DNA of 64,000 nucleotides from Camelus ferus (Eukaryota): the NCBI RefSeq assembly GCF_009834535.1, contig NC_045700.1:60326001-60390000 (forward strand). Reading direction: 5' to 3'. The position numbers and the translations under genes were made by a program. Below, piece by piece: positions 1 to 11,160 of this stretch. The notes under the pieces were generated by a model. It did no database searches, was not told the DNA's origin, and saw nothing but the letters and a program-made list of their open reading frames with translations. Each line of letters opens with the position of its first letter. The first letter of the stretch is position 1.

Positions 1-1473
1 CTAAATGATAAAATGTCCACAGAGATGCTTCATAAACTATGAGACACCCATATTAATGTGAAATGACTTTAGAGAGCAAAATGGAGTGTGCTTTTAAAAA
101 CAGTTCTTTTATCTCTTTGAAATACCTTTGCATCCACCCCCCCCCCAGGCCTAGACTAAGTTCTCCAGGAAATAATAGCTTTTACGATTCTTATCAAAAT
201 CCATTTTGTATCATCTAAATTAAAATCAAATTTAAAAATTAAAGGACACTTTTTTGCACAAATCGCATTGGTCAGTGAATTTCTGGGTTGAAATCTATGT
301 CTATTCACTGAGTGATGAGATTGCTCTTGCCCTGGTTTCTTCCTCCTGGGACCAGGGCTCCACAAGACAAGTGCACTAGTGATAAAAATTAGATTTTTTC
401 CTAAAAAGACCATTCTTTACAAGTATGTGATGGTTTCTAGATCTCTAAAAGGGAAAACAACAATTTGGGAGTAAAAATAAGTAAGATAGCCTGATTACAG
501 TGATAGATGTGATGTGAACACAAACCAACGAGAAGGGCTAGCAGAGGAGTGAGAAGAGGGGTTTCCAGCAACATAAGTCTAGAATGCCAGGCTGCAACAT
601 ACAATCCTGATCTAAGTCATAGGTTACAGGGGTTGATTATGGAGTAAGAAAAATCCTGACCAAACTGGTGATAGAAAGATAGAAAGATCATTCTAGCTAC
701 TTTGTGCCAGAGCATACGAGTGCATACGGTTTCTAGGCTTCTGAAGAGGGTGTTGCAATAACTGAGATACGGACAATGAGCATCAAGTTAATAATACTGA
801 TGGTGCAAATTGAAAGGAAAGGTTAAACTTGAGAGTTATTTTAGAGGAAAAAATAAATAGGATATGATGATTGATGAAATATGCAGAAAAAGGTGTTAAG
901 ATACTGCAAGAAAATAAGAATATATTACCAAGTAGATAGTAATACTATGGGCTAAATAAATTGAAAAGAATTCTGGAGTGAATTAAGAAAGAATGTGGCA
1001 TTATTTGAATAAGGTTTCACTTAGATGCTTTTGAAATCTGGCAACTTTAGCCAATATAAATTGAACAGCTTATCCCTAGCCTTTTAGAACAATTCCAGCA
1101 TTTAAAGAAATAAAATTTCTAAACATGATCTCTGAAAAAAGCTTATGTGAGCTGAGCAGAATCTGACATCTGCAATACCACTCCACAATATTTTTTTCTA
1201 AGCAAGACTACAGCTTTATAAGTGCATATGAATATAGAATGTTTTGGAATTATCATTAGCTATTTGATTTGTTTTCTCTTTGACATTCGTAAAACTTCTT
1301 ATCTCATCTTCAAAAGCTGTTAGTTTCCAAACATACTGATTATTTACACTGTAGCATCATTTTCAGTGGAACAAATTTCAGTATGTTTCTTAGTTGTTGG
1401 TCAAGTTATGTGTAGTCCAGTCAATATTCCCTGACATCAAGAAATACATTTTTTTTTCCTTTGGTTCTGACAG

Positions 1474-1611
1474 GATCAACACCTCAGCATGCTAGAGTAT
1501 CATGTTCCGGTCACAGCAGGAGGAGTAGCAAACATTTTTGATCTGCTGGAAACCAACAAAACGGCTTTAAATATCACAAATTTCTTAGTGAGTCAGACTA
1601 CACTGGAAGAG
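1474..1611 (+). CDS. ABCA12: ABCA12 penultimate coding exon (46 codons, phase 0/0)
   Basis: Acceptor ttctgacag|GAT and donor GAG|gtaagc. Translates DQHLSMLEYHVPVTAGGVANIFDLLETNKTALNITNFLVSQTTLEE, which I recognise as the ABCA12 C-terminal regulatory region (SQTTLEE motif of ABCA transporters). Confidence 0.97.
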
Positions 1612-2917
1612 GTAAGCTGGATACCATGATCCATGTGCACAGTGTCACATTGATTATTATACATGCTGATTATTTCCTTTTAATAACATTCAATTTGTTT
1701 TTAATTGAAGCAATATTTAACTCTCACCTGAAAAACTTAGCTTAATTTATTTCTAGCTGCATCTTGGGATGTTAGGGGAAAAATGTGAAAAGCAGTAACT
1801 ATTTTTCATGGAGAAAAGTTTTTTTCCTTCTATGAAACATCTATGCCCATCAGTTATATGTTTATATAAAGCAACAATTATTTTCATCTATAAAACAAAT
1901 AGCTGTTACTTTCCTTACTTTCCCCTTGGTAGGTTTCTTAAATAGCATTGCTTTTGATTGGCTTCCTGGATTAGGGGAGGAAGAGGATATCTGGTTAGAA
2001 TTTGGTGCCCAAGCTTTGGATCTGCTAGATTCAGGCAACCAAAGCAATAAATGCAGGGATTTTTGTTTCATTCACATCATCTGTCTTAATTACATTTATA
2101 TTCAGTAACTTGAGGCTTAACAAGGCATCCTTCATCAACTTTGCACTGTTTTAATTTTATGCAATTCAACCAACGTGATGCAGAGAACATTTGACTGTAT
2201 CTATCACTGGAATGGGTCTGAAAGTGAGGCTATGGAAGCCTTTGAATTGTGCTTCATCTTATGGACAATTTTTTATGGGGAATTAAGGCAATTATGGCTT
2301 TGCCGACACAGAAGATTTATCCTTTGACTTGTAACCAATTACCAGCATCCTGTCTGGCACAAAATAGGCTCTCAGTATTTTCTGGATGAATCTATGACTA
2401 ATAGAATTAATTATTTTAAATAAAGTATAAAGGTCTGCCTGTTAAATAATCGGCTTACTGAACATAATGTTAATGTGAGTTTTCTATGCAAATTTTATTT
2501 TAGTGCATTAACTCTTGAGTGAAATTTGTCTCATCATCATAAAAACATTTGATAAGGGCTTGAGTTGGGCTCCTTGTTCATACTTGTAAGATATTGATGC
2601 AGATCATATAGATACAAATATGTGGCTTCAAATATTCAATTATAGCTTTAGATTTATAATTATAAATGTACTGATAGTTGTCCATATAGGAATTATTTTC
2701 AAGCCCCAGTTCAATTTCAGTATAAAGGAAGAACTCCTAGTGAGAGTGTGTATATATGTTTGGGCATGTCCCTACGAAATCTAGTTTTCTTCTTATTTGC
2801 TCTCCCATTGTGCCCACACACGTGTGTGTATGTGTGTGCGTGTGTGTGAATTGACATTATTTCTTCCTTTTACCAAGTTTACCAAGTACAATGGCTTTAT
2901 TTCCCTTGAAAAATCAG

Positions 2918-3025
2918 GTTTTCATCAACTTTGCCAAAGACCAAAAGTGCTATGAAACCGCGGACACTGGTAGCCATGGTTCCACCATAAGCATTGACTC
3001 ACAGGATGACCAGATGGAGTCATAG
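2918..3025 (+). CDS. ABCA12: ABCA12 last coding exon, to stop codon
   Basis: Acceptor aatcag|GTT. Translates VFINFAKDQKCYETADTGSHGSTISIDSQDDQMES* (TAG at 3023-3025), in frame with the previous exon and matching the ABCA12 C-terminus. Confidence 0.97.
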   Translation, partial: VFINFAKDQKCYETADTGSHGSTISIDSQDDQMES

Positions 3026-3325
3026 TACCTCCAGCAAACTCAACCTCAGCAAATGGCCAATGGCTTCATTTTGAGGAAGAGCCACAGAAGATACGAATTC
3101 CTCAAAATATTTTAATTTTGAAGTATTATATTATTGGAAAGTTGAAATGTGTAAGACTAGCCAGTAACTGTAAATGGAAAGTTTTCTTTCTAAGATCAGT
3201 GAATGTTGTTGCTGCTGAGATGAATTCCTGTCTACTCAACACTGTGAGCATACTAACGTATATGTTGTTGACTCTTATGCAAAGGTGAAACTACCTGAAG
3301 ATGAATGTCTTAATTTATTACTTTC

Positions 3326-3331
3326 AATAAA
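3326..3331 (+). terminator. Candidate proximal poly(A) signal
   Basis: AATAAA ~300 nt after the stop; downstream GU-rich element is weak. Confidence 0.35.
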
Positions 3332-4008
3332 AAGACAGCTTAAAAGGCATGGTTATTAGCAGTTGAAAAGTAAGAATGGAGAAGAAAAGTAAGGTAGTTT
3401 GGGGTAGGTAGAAATGAGAGAGCAAACAAAATAATTTATTTTTAGAAAATAACAGAATGAACATCTCGAATACATGACTCTTGCGTGATGTGCAAAGTGC
3501 CAAGGGCCAGATTAACACAGCAGTAAGGAGCGGGCACAGTGTCTGGACTGCGCGTGTATGCCATTTTCAGTACCTGTGAATACGTGGGGACGTACCAAAC
3601 CCCCCAAAATGCCAGTTTACAAGAATACTATAGGAAGGCAGTTTACCCTGGTGGTAAACAGAACTTAAGATTTATTCTCACGGTGCCTTGCCAATAGTAA
3701 GGCACAGGGCAGAACAAGAAGCTACTTGCTCTCTGGGGGAAATGGGTGTGTCAGCGGGCAGATACAAATCCTGAAAGATAATAGAGAGTTCATGTGCTGC
3801 TGGCAGGCCACTTTTTTTTTAAGATTTTACAGAAAGCCTCATATTCTGGGTCTCTCTGCAGAAAACATTCCTGTGAAGGGAAAATTAATATGAAGATAAT
3901 TTTCAACTAGTTACCCAGCTGAACCAGAATCATGTATATGGCCATGGAATAGACTTTGTAATAATGCCAAATTATATGGCCCTTAGGGAAGGTGCTTTAT
4001 ATAACATT

Positions 4009-4035
4009 TGTGTGTGTGTGTGTGTGTGTGTGTGT
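4009..4035. repeat. (TG)13 microsatellite in the ABCA12 3'UTR
   Basis: Read directly from sequence. Confidence 0.97.
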
Positions 4036-4075
4036 ACAGGTTTGCCAGCTCTGGCACAACTGTTTCTGTGTTGAA

Positions 4076-4081
4076 AATAAA
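4076..4081 (+). terminator. Candidate distal (main) poly(A) signal
   Basis: AATAAA with upstream TGTA at 4033-4036, at the edge of unique sequence. Confidence 0.65.
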
Positions 4082-4139
4082 ATCAAAATTTAGTAAAAAG
4101 CAATTCATGAAGTCAATTTCATTTGTTAGGGAAAAGCCA

Positions 4140-4510
4140 GGAACCTAAAACTTGCAATCATGTGGCCTACAAGGTCCCATAGGTTCTGGCCCCTGCTTGC
4201 TTCTCCACCTTCATCCCTTTCTTTCTCCTTTTCCTCTTTAGAGTGTAGACATGCTGGCCTCTTTTTGGTTTTTCCAGTGCACCAAACTCCTTCCTATCTC
4301 CACATCTTTCCATATGTTTTCATATGTTCCCCTGCTGGAAACGCTCTTCCTCCACAATCTGTGCCTAGCTAACAGTCTTCAGAAATGTCTTTCTTTCTCA
4401 GAGAAGCTTTGCTTCCCCACTTCTTCAGTTTAAATCCAATCTCCCGTCCCAAAATGGTACTCTTATACTTCCTACTTTTCTGTTAGAGCATGCATCCTAA
4501 TTTGTAACAC
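4140..4510 (+). mobile_element. L2 LINE fragment
   Basis: L2-like pyrimidine-rich text (ggcctacaaggtccc...catgctggcctctttttgg...ctggaaacgctcttcc). Confidence 0.7.
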
Positions 4511-5269
4511 ATCAGATTAACAATATGCATTTTAACAGATGGTAACAGAATTTCCCTCAGGATAGAAAATGTCCTTGTTGAGTATAATACATAGACAAGC
4601 CTTTTGGAGTAAGTATAAGTGTAACTCTGAGAGGATGAGTGTCTTCAGGAGACCAAATGACCAAAAAAAATGGTCAGGCTCCATGAAAGAATAAAGGGAT
4701 TTGTTTGTTGTTCATTGTGTTTGTTGCTGTAATGGTTGGTTGGTTGCTTGCTTCTGAGCAATAGTAGAGACGGAAGCACAGAGGGAGGAGAGAAAGGAAG
4801 TGGAGAGAGGAAGAACCAGTGAGTTGGTGGAGGATGGGTACTGAAGACAGATGAAAGTCCAGTGAGAGGTCTGGGTGCTTGAATGGACTTTAAAAACCAT
4901 GAATATCCAAATATATTCCGCATTCATTTGCTGCGCAGCCAACACTCTAGACTGTCCTCCTTACCCCTAGATCTTGATTGAAGTCAGTCACATTTATAAA
5001 TGCTTTATGTGAATGAGTGTTTAGTGGAAATTGAGGAAGGGATGTGTTAATGTGTACTTTGAAAGAGGTGCAGAACAATGACTGCTTCACCACAGAGAAG
5101 GAGGAGGCTGGCTGGAGCAGAGACCGTGAGACACAGAGGTCTGGATATGTGCTGAGTGGAGCCTCTGACCCACCAGGATGTGGATCTGGGGGGTTCCAGC
5201 CAATCTTATGTACATCTCAGTAGTCAGGGAAGTCCAAGCTGACCTCTGGATGACAGTGGCTGCACTTTT

Positions 5270-5432
5270 GAGTGTTTACTGTTTCTCTCCCTCACTAGTC
5301 ATTGAAGCTCTATGAGGACAGAAGATCTACTGTGACCTTCCTGGTTTTCCCATCAGTACTTAAACTCACCACAAATATTTGTGGCACTCAATAAATATTT
5401 ATTGGTTAAATGGATGAATAAATAAATGAATG
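5270..5432 (+). mobile_element. L2 3' end
   Basis: Typical L2 tail gcactcaataaatatttattggttaaatggatgaataaataaatgaatg. Confidence 0.7.
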
Positions 5433-6309
5433 AGAAACAAAAGAGAAGCTGGCATGGTTGTTATGGAAACCAAGCATCTTTATTCTGTTTAAATTTCTGA
5501 AATGCAGTGGAGTTTCCCATGGGGTAGTTTATTCATGGAGAAGAAGGAAAGACAGCACTTGATTCCATAATACAGATATTATAGTGAATCCACTAGGATA
5601 GGAGGATTTGGGAATCTTCTTTGGAATCAGAATTCTAACGCTTTGCTTTTGCACATTTAATTCTTCTTTATCTTTTTGTCTGTAAAAATGGATTGTATAA
5701 GAGTTTCAAGGTACATTTTTACATATAAGTAAGGAACATACATAAAAAACTATTTGAACCCACATCCCTTTGGGCTTCTCTGTAGTAGAGAAAATGTTTT
5801 GAGAATTCCCAGTTCTTGGAGGACTGCCTCCACTCTAGACAACCCTACAGAATCTGCTTTTTCATGTGAGTTACCTAAATTACCCCTGAGGATTGTGGCA
5901 ACCTTCACTTCACTTATAAAACCTGATTTTTATAATATTAAAACACTTGGTACAAAATCAGAAGAATAGAAAAATTATACATACGACTACCTTCTCCAAA
6001 TATGCTCTCTGCCTGAATGAGCCATTCTTCTCCTCGGAGATGATCAGTCCCTAGACCTGCAGATGCCCTCCTGGACGACGGTGGGGCTGATGCTGCAGAC
6101 CTGCATCCTCTTCCCCCCATGGGGCCCTGGGAGCCTGCTTGCTTCATTAAGGTAAGCTCCTCAATGTAAGTTTTTAAGTATAATAACAGCAAGCTAAAGG
6201 GAATGATAAAATTTCCTTTGGCATCATTTGTTGCAAAGTTAATCTTACCCCTCTCTTACTTTTAAACCCAGGCTGGTTTTCCATAACCTATAGAGTGAAA
6301 TGATCCTCA

Positions 6310-6775
6310 AAATATTTCATAATCCAGCCCCCAAGATTTCCCCCTCTCTTCTGCATGTTGTCTATGCTCTGACTTCAGTGAATTTCTTGCTATTTCCTAT
6401 TATGACAGGTCTTTTCTCACTCCTGGGCCACTTTGCTCACACTACTCTTTCCTCTCGAAAGACCTCTTCCCTGTTCCCATTTAGATTTTATCTAGAAACT
6501 CTTCATCTTCACCCTTCTCTTGGGTCTTTTCTTTGAGGATATCTTCCCAAAGAGCCTCAGGCAGACTTCATTGTTCTATTCTCTGTTACAAAAGCCTTCT
6601 GTGCCTGCCTCTGCAGAAGCATTTCCATGTTGCATTATAATCATCTCTGTACATATCTTTCTCTTCCCATTAGGCTCTTAAGTTCCTTAAGAGAAGTGAC
6701 CTGTTATTCCTTCCTCATTGTATCTACCATATCCAGCACAATACCAACATACTGTTGCTCAAGAAATCTTTGAGG
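6310..6775 (+). mobile_element. L2 fragment
   Basis: Similarity to the L2 3' region consensus, recalled from memory. Confidence 0.6.
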
Positions 6776-6920
6776 GACCAGAGAAGTCTATTTCAGTTTA
6801 TAAATAATTTTTGTTTTGAATTTTTTGCAGTTACGTTTGTTTTAGCTTTAGAAGACTGGCTATTACAATTTAATATTAACTGCTGTGGAAAAATGTGCGG
6901 ATGACCAAACATTTGATTTT

Positions 6921-7143
6921 TATCTTATTTTATTTTTTAATTGAAGTATAGTTGATTTACCATGTTGTGTTAGTTTCTAGTGTACAGCATAGTGATTCAG
7001 TTATACATATATATAATCTTCTTCATTATAAGTTATTATAAGCTATTGAATATAGTTCCTTGTGCTATACAGTAGGATCTTGTTGTTTATTCTGTATAGA
7101 GTAATTTGTATCAGCTAATCACAAACTCCTAATTTATCCCTCC
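6921..7143 (-). mobile_element. 5'-truncated L1 3'UTR (cetartiodactyl type)
   Basis: tttttaattgaagtatagttgatttac...gtgctatacagtagg; same family as the copies at ~30.0 and ~53.9 kb. Confidence 0.85.
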
Positions 7144-7389
7144 ATTTTAAATTTAAATGTATTTCTGCATAAAGCACACTTCATTCAAATGTAAGCATTG
7201 AACATACCATGACTTTATTAATAGTATTGCCTAAGATGGCATTTGCCAAAAAGTATTAAAATAAAAATACTATTTAAAAGCAAATACTTTCACCAATATA
7301 GAGTTATCCTTAATCACTCCCACTGCACAAGTGGAGAAACTAAGGTAAAGATGCAGTTATAGTTAAAATAACCACAGTTAACACTTCTT

Positions 7390-7565
7390 GAAAATTTGTT
7401 ACATGTGGAACACTGGGTCAAATGTGCCACATTTATTCTATTCTTATTTAATTCTCACAACATATTTTCAACTTATTCTTATTGACAAGGACACTGAGAA
7501 CTAGAAAAGGGAATTATCTTGCTCAGAATCATAGAGCAATAAAGTAAATTTGACTCCAGACACTG
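7390..7565 (-). mobile_element. MIR SINE
   Basis: Reverse MIR core (atttaattctcacaac...actgagaac...cttgctcagaatcatagagc). Confidence 0.6.
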
Positions 7566-8040
7566 TATCCTGACAGAGACCCCTTCCCACCGAAATAAAG
7601 ACTTGAATCTGTTGACTTAGATACACAAATTCACTAATAATTTAGGGATGAGCTGTATGTATGTCTATGTTGACCTGACAAGGGAACCACTGGCACTGCT
7701 GGCCCCGGCGACTGCTCCCTTGACTACTGCAGTGCAGGCTCCCGGCACGGACAAGAAGTCTTTGTCCCTGACTATGCTCTTCCCCCAGAAACCCTCAGGG
7801 AGAACTCTAGCCTTCCATCCTGGCCGCTCTGAAATTCCACACAAAGAAACCCAACCACGTCAACTAGACATGCAAAGATTTACTAAGCCTTTATACTTAC
7901 TTGAACTCAGAAGAGTTTGCTTTTTACTCACTGAGATTTTGTAGTTGCTGTGCAATATTATATAAGGTACAGGTGTATAATTTAGTGAGTCACAATTTTT
8001 AATGGTTACACTCCATTTATAGCTATTATAAAATATGGGC

Positions 8041-8094
<54 letters not shown>
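8041..8094. repeat. (TAT)18 microsatellite inside an old L1 3'-end fragment (~7945-8120)
   Basis: Read directly; it accounts for the poly-Tyr ORF 8035..8256. Confidence 0.95.
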
Positions 8095-8095
<1 letters not shown>

Positions 8096-8970
8096 TAGCT
8101 ATCTCCATGTCTATGTTTTATTATTCCACTCAAGTGAGAACAAAACTCCCAATGTATTGGAGCCAGCACTATAAAATGGTCTATACCCTAAACAAGTCAT
8201 GTCCAAAGTGGCTATTTCAACATCTCAAAACAAATTTTCAATTCTTGTTACTTTGAGTCCATTGAGAAACCTCTAGTAAAAAAGGAAAGCCCCTCACTTA
8301 AACTTCTACCTCTTGGCAACTCAGTAGAGTTGCAAGCCAAAATTCTTCTCAAAGACAAAAGTTCAATAACCAGCCCAAAAGAAATATGGAGTACTATCTG
8401 AGAAATTTTCCTTTTCTTTGTTTAAAACAATTCAGTTACTAAATGAAGATACTTATTAACTAAATATTATCGGACTAATATATTGTAAGCAAGGTGTCGC
8501 AATCAACACACATTACAGTTTAGGAAGGAAATAAATGGGAAGCCTTACCAAAGTAAAGCATCAGCTACAGCTCCAGAGAAGTCCTGAAACATTTTGTCAG
8601 ATTCTTTGGTGAGATGTACAAACATACACTAAGCTAGGAAATGTTCTTTTTAGACTAACTGCTTTAAGAACTTTTCTGATCCCTTCTCAGGTTGGACTTC
8701 AAAAGTATTCTCCCATTATGAAGGTCTCCCCCAAACTCTTTTTTGATAATGAAATTAAAGTGTGCATTATCTTGGTAAATAATTTATCTTTATTTAAAAA
8801 GAGAGTTTATAACCTTTCTTCACAAGTGTGACCTGTCTAGCATTTGAAGAACCCTGCATGAATAGGGAAGCTGTAGCATGTCTTATATATGGAAAGTATA
8901 TTATCTATTGAGTACAGAAAGTTATAGAAGTTTTTTTATTCTTTTGCAAATCTAAGGGGAGAAAACAGGC

Positions 8971-9400
8971 TGTCGTAGTATAGTAGATACTCTAAAATAG
9001 CCCCTAACGATCTCACCGTCTGTCTTCATGTTATTAAGTGATCGGTTCCCTTCCTTGAATGTGGTAAGGAACTGTTTCTGACAATAGAATATGGCAAAGG
9101 TGATTACATAACACGAGATTTTAATATTTGTCTTGCTAGGAGCCCCTCTCCCTTGTGACTGTGAAGAGGCCATGTTAGGGAGGCCCACCTGGCAAGAAAT
9201 AGCAGGCAGCCTCTGGCCACCAAGTGGCAGGAAACTGAGAAGGCCTTCAGCTGACAGCCAGCAAGAAACCAAGACAGCCTGCAAGGAACTGAGTGCTGCC
9301 AACAATCACCTGAGTTTGGGAACAGACTCTTCCCTAGTGGAGCATGCAGACAAGAATCCAGCCCTGGCCACCACGCTGATTGCAGCTTTATTTGATAACA
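8971..9400 (+). mobile_element. MaLR LTR (MLT1D/E/F-like)
   Basis: MLT1 hallmarks such as aatagaatatggcaaaggtga, gccagcaagaaac and gaactgagtgctgccaacaatcacctgagtttgg. Confidence 0.8.
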
Positions 9401-9899
9401 TTTTTTCCTCAAATAATCCTTCCCAAAATACCTACCTCTAGTCATTATTCATTTCAGTAGGTAATTAACAATTATATTCTGTATAATTCTGTTCCCCCTG
9501 GTCTTCAAGATGGTTTTTCTTCCTCTCTCCCTTCTTAAGGTGTTAATCCATTGGTTAACTTTTGTCCACACCTGTGCCTTTTAGTAAGTCAGCAAAGGTT
9601 ATCCTCTGTATCTACCTATATTTAATCAGCCACTGATGGACTAGTCTCAATTTAATAACTAACATCTATCAATTACTGTACATAATTTCATTTTTTACCA
9701 AGTAACTTCATATACCTATATACATATATTTATTTGAATCTCACAGCAACCCTGTAAGTGTTGTTGCCTCTAGATGGAGAATTAGACTCAAAGGAATTAA
9801 ATAACTCACTTCACAAACAAAATGTAACAAATTATAGTAGCTAACTATATTTTTCTCTGATCTAAATTCTTTCCCTTCTCTGATTTCTGTGGTTCCCTT

Positions 9900-10290
9900 G
9901 CTCCTATGCAAGGTTGTCTCTGTGAGACTGTCAATGACTATGACACTACTCCATCCCAGCAGCTAGTATGGGCACATGACCCAGGATGGCTGGAGCACCT
10001 TATTTCTCATGGTCAATTTGATTAGAGATCCACACATGACTCCAGTAAAACCAGTCAATCATCCTTGAGTTAATATTTAAATTTTGGAAGAGATGGTTCC
10101 TTTCCCTGGGATTGCTAAACTGAATGGAAGTGAGTCTAGGGCTCCCGCCGCCATCTTGTTCATATCATAGGAAGAGACCACACACTTAACAAGGTCAAGC
10201 AGAGACAAGCAGGGCTGACAAACAGCATGATAAACCAAGTCCTGATAACTTTTCTTTAGCCACAGGATCCAGCAAGCCTGAAGGACTATT
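9900..10290 (+). mobile_element. Old MaLR LTR (MLT1J/K/L-like)
   Basis: gggcacatgacccagg...gccgccatcttg motifs. Confidence 0.6.
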
Positions 10291-10329
10291 TTGGCAGCCA
10301 CGGAGGACAAACTGCAGGGAGGCAAAGTG

Positions 10330-11160
10330 GAGCCATGGAAGACATGCTGCAGGGAGGCAAAGTGGAAGTCAGGGCACTCCAGGAAACTCTAGGAAACGAG
10401 GGCAGTGGAGAAAAGACAGTAGCCGTGGAGGTGGTGAGACACAATCAGATTCTGGTATGTTTTGAAGGCAAAGCTGACAGGAGTTGCTGCCAGATTAGTG
10501 AGAAATGTGTAAGAAAAAAAAAGAGCCAAGAATGAATCCAGGGGTTATGACCTGAGCAACTGCATAAATAGAATTGCCATTTATTGGAGAATGGGAAAAT
10601 TGGAGAGGCAAAGGCAGGCTTAGGAGGGAAAATCAAGGGCTGGGTTTAAGATACATTAAGTCTGAGATGCTTCCTAGATATTCTAGAGGAAGTGTTGAAT
10701 GAGCTGATAGATCTATATATCTGGAGTTCAGGAAAAAGGTCCATACTGGGGGGAAAAAAGTGTGAAAGTTATTGGCCTAGAGATGGAAATTCAAGCCACA
10801 AGTCTGAATGGGGTTATACAGGGAGATGAATGTGCCTAAGCAGAGAAATTATCTAAAGAGAGCGCCCTGGGGAATTGCAGTGTTTTTGAGGCAGAGAAGG
10901 AACACCCAGAAATAACATGTAGCATGCAAGCCCAGAAGAGTTTCTAAAAAGGAGGGAGTGGCTGATGGTGTCTAGGCAGCTGCTGGGTAGATTAAAATAA
11001 GAACAGAAAACTGACCTTTGGCTTTGACATATTCATGAGTGACCATGACCTTGAGAGAAATTTCTGTGGAAAGATAGGGGAAAAAGCCTCAGGAATAAGT
11101 TTAATAAAAAATAGGAGGGAAAGTGGAGATGTAATATATAGTTAACTTTTTCAAGACTAA
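10330..11160 (-). mobile_element. L2 fragment
   Basis: Reverse L2 text (gatacattaagtctgagatgc...ctggagttcagg...gagggagtggctgatggtgtc). Confidence 0.75.

Larger units (their letters stand above)
3026..4105 (+). other. ABCA12: ABCA12 3'UTR (3' end approximate)
   Basis: Non-repetitive sequence from the stop codon to AATAAA at 4076-4081; an L2 repeat starts just after. The end is inferred from the poly(A) signal. Confidence 0.72.

Noticed and set aside
311-420. C-box motif (GTGATGA) as a possible C/D snoRNA
   Set aside because: No D box (CTGA) at a suitable distance and no terminal stem.
8035-8256. Poly-tyrosine ORF
   Set aside because: It is the translation of the (TAT)18 microsatellite within an L1 fragment.
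8952-9445. Three overlapping ORFs of 102-117 aa
   Set aside because: All lie within an MLT1 LTR; these are chance open frames in GC-richer repeat DNA.
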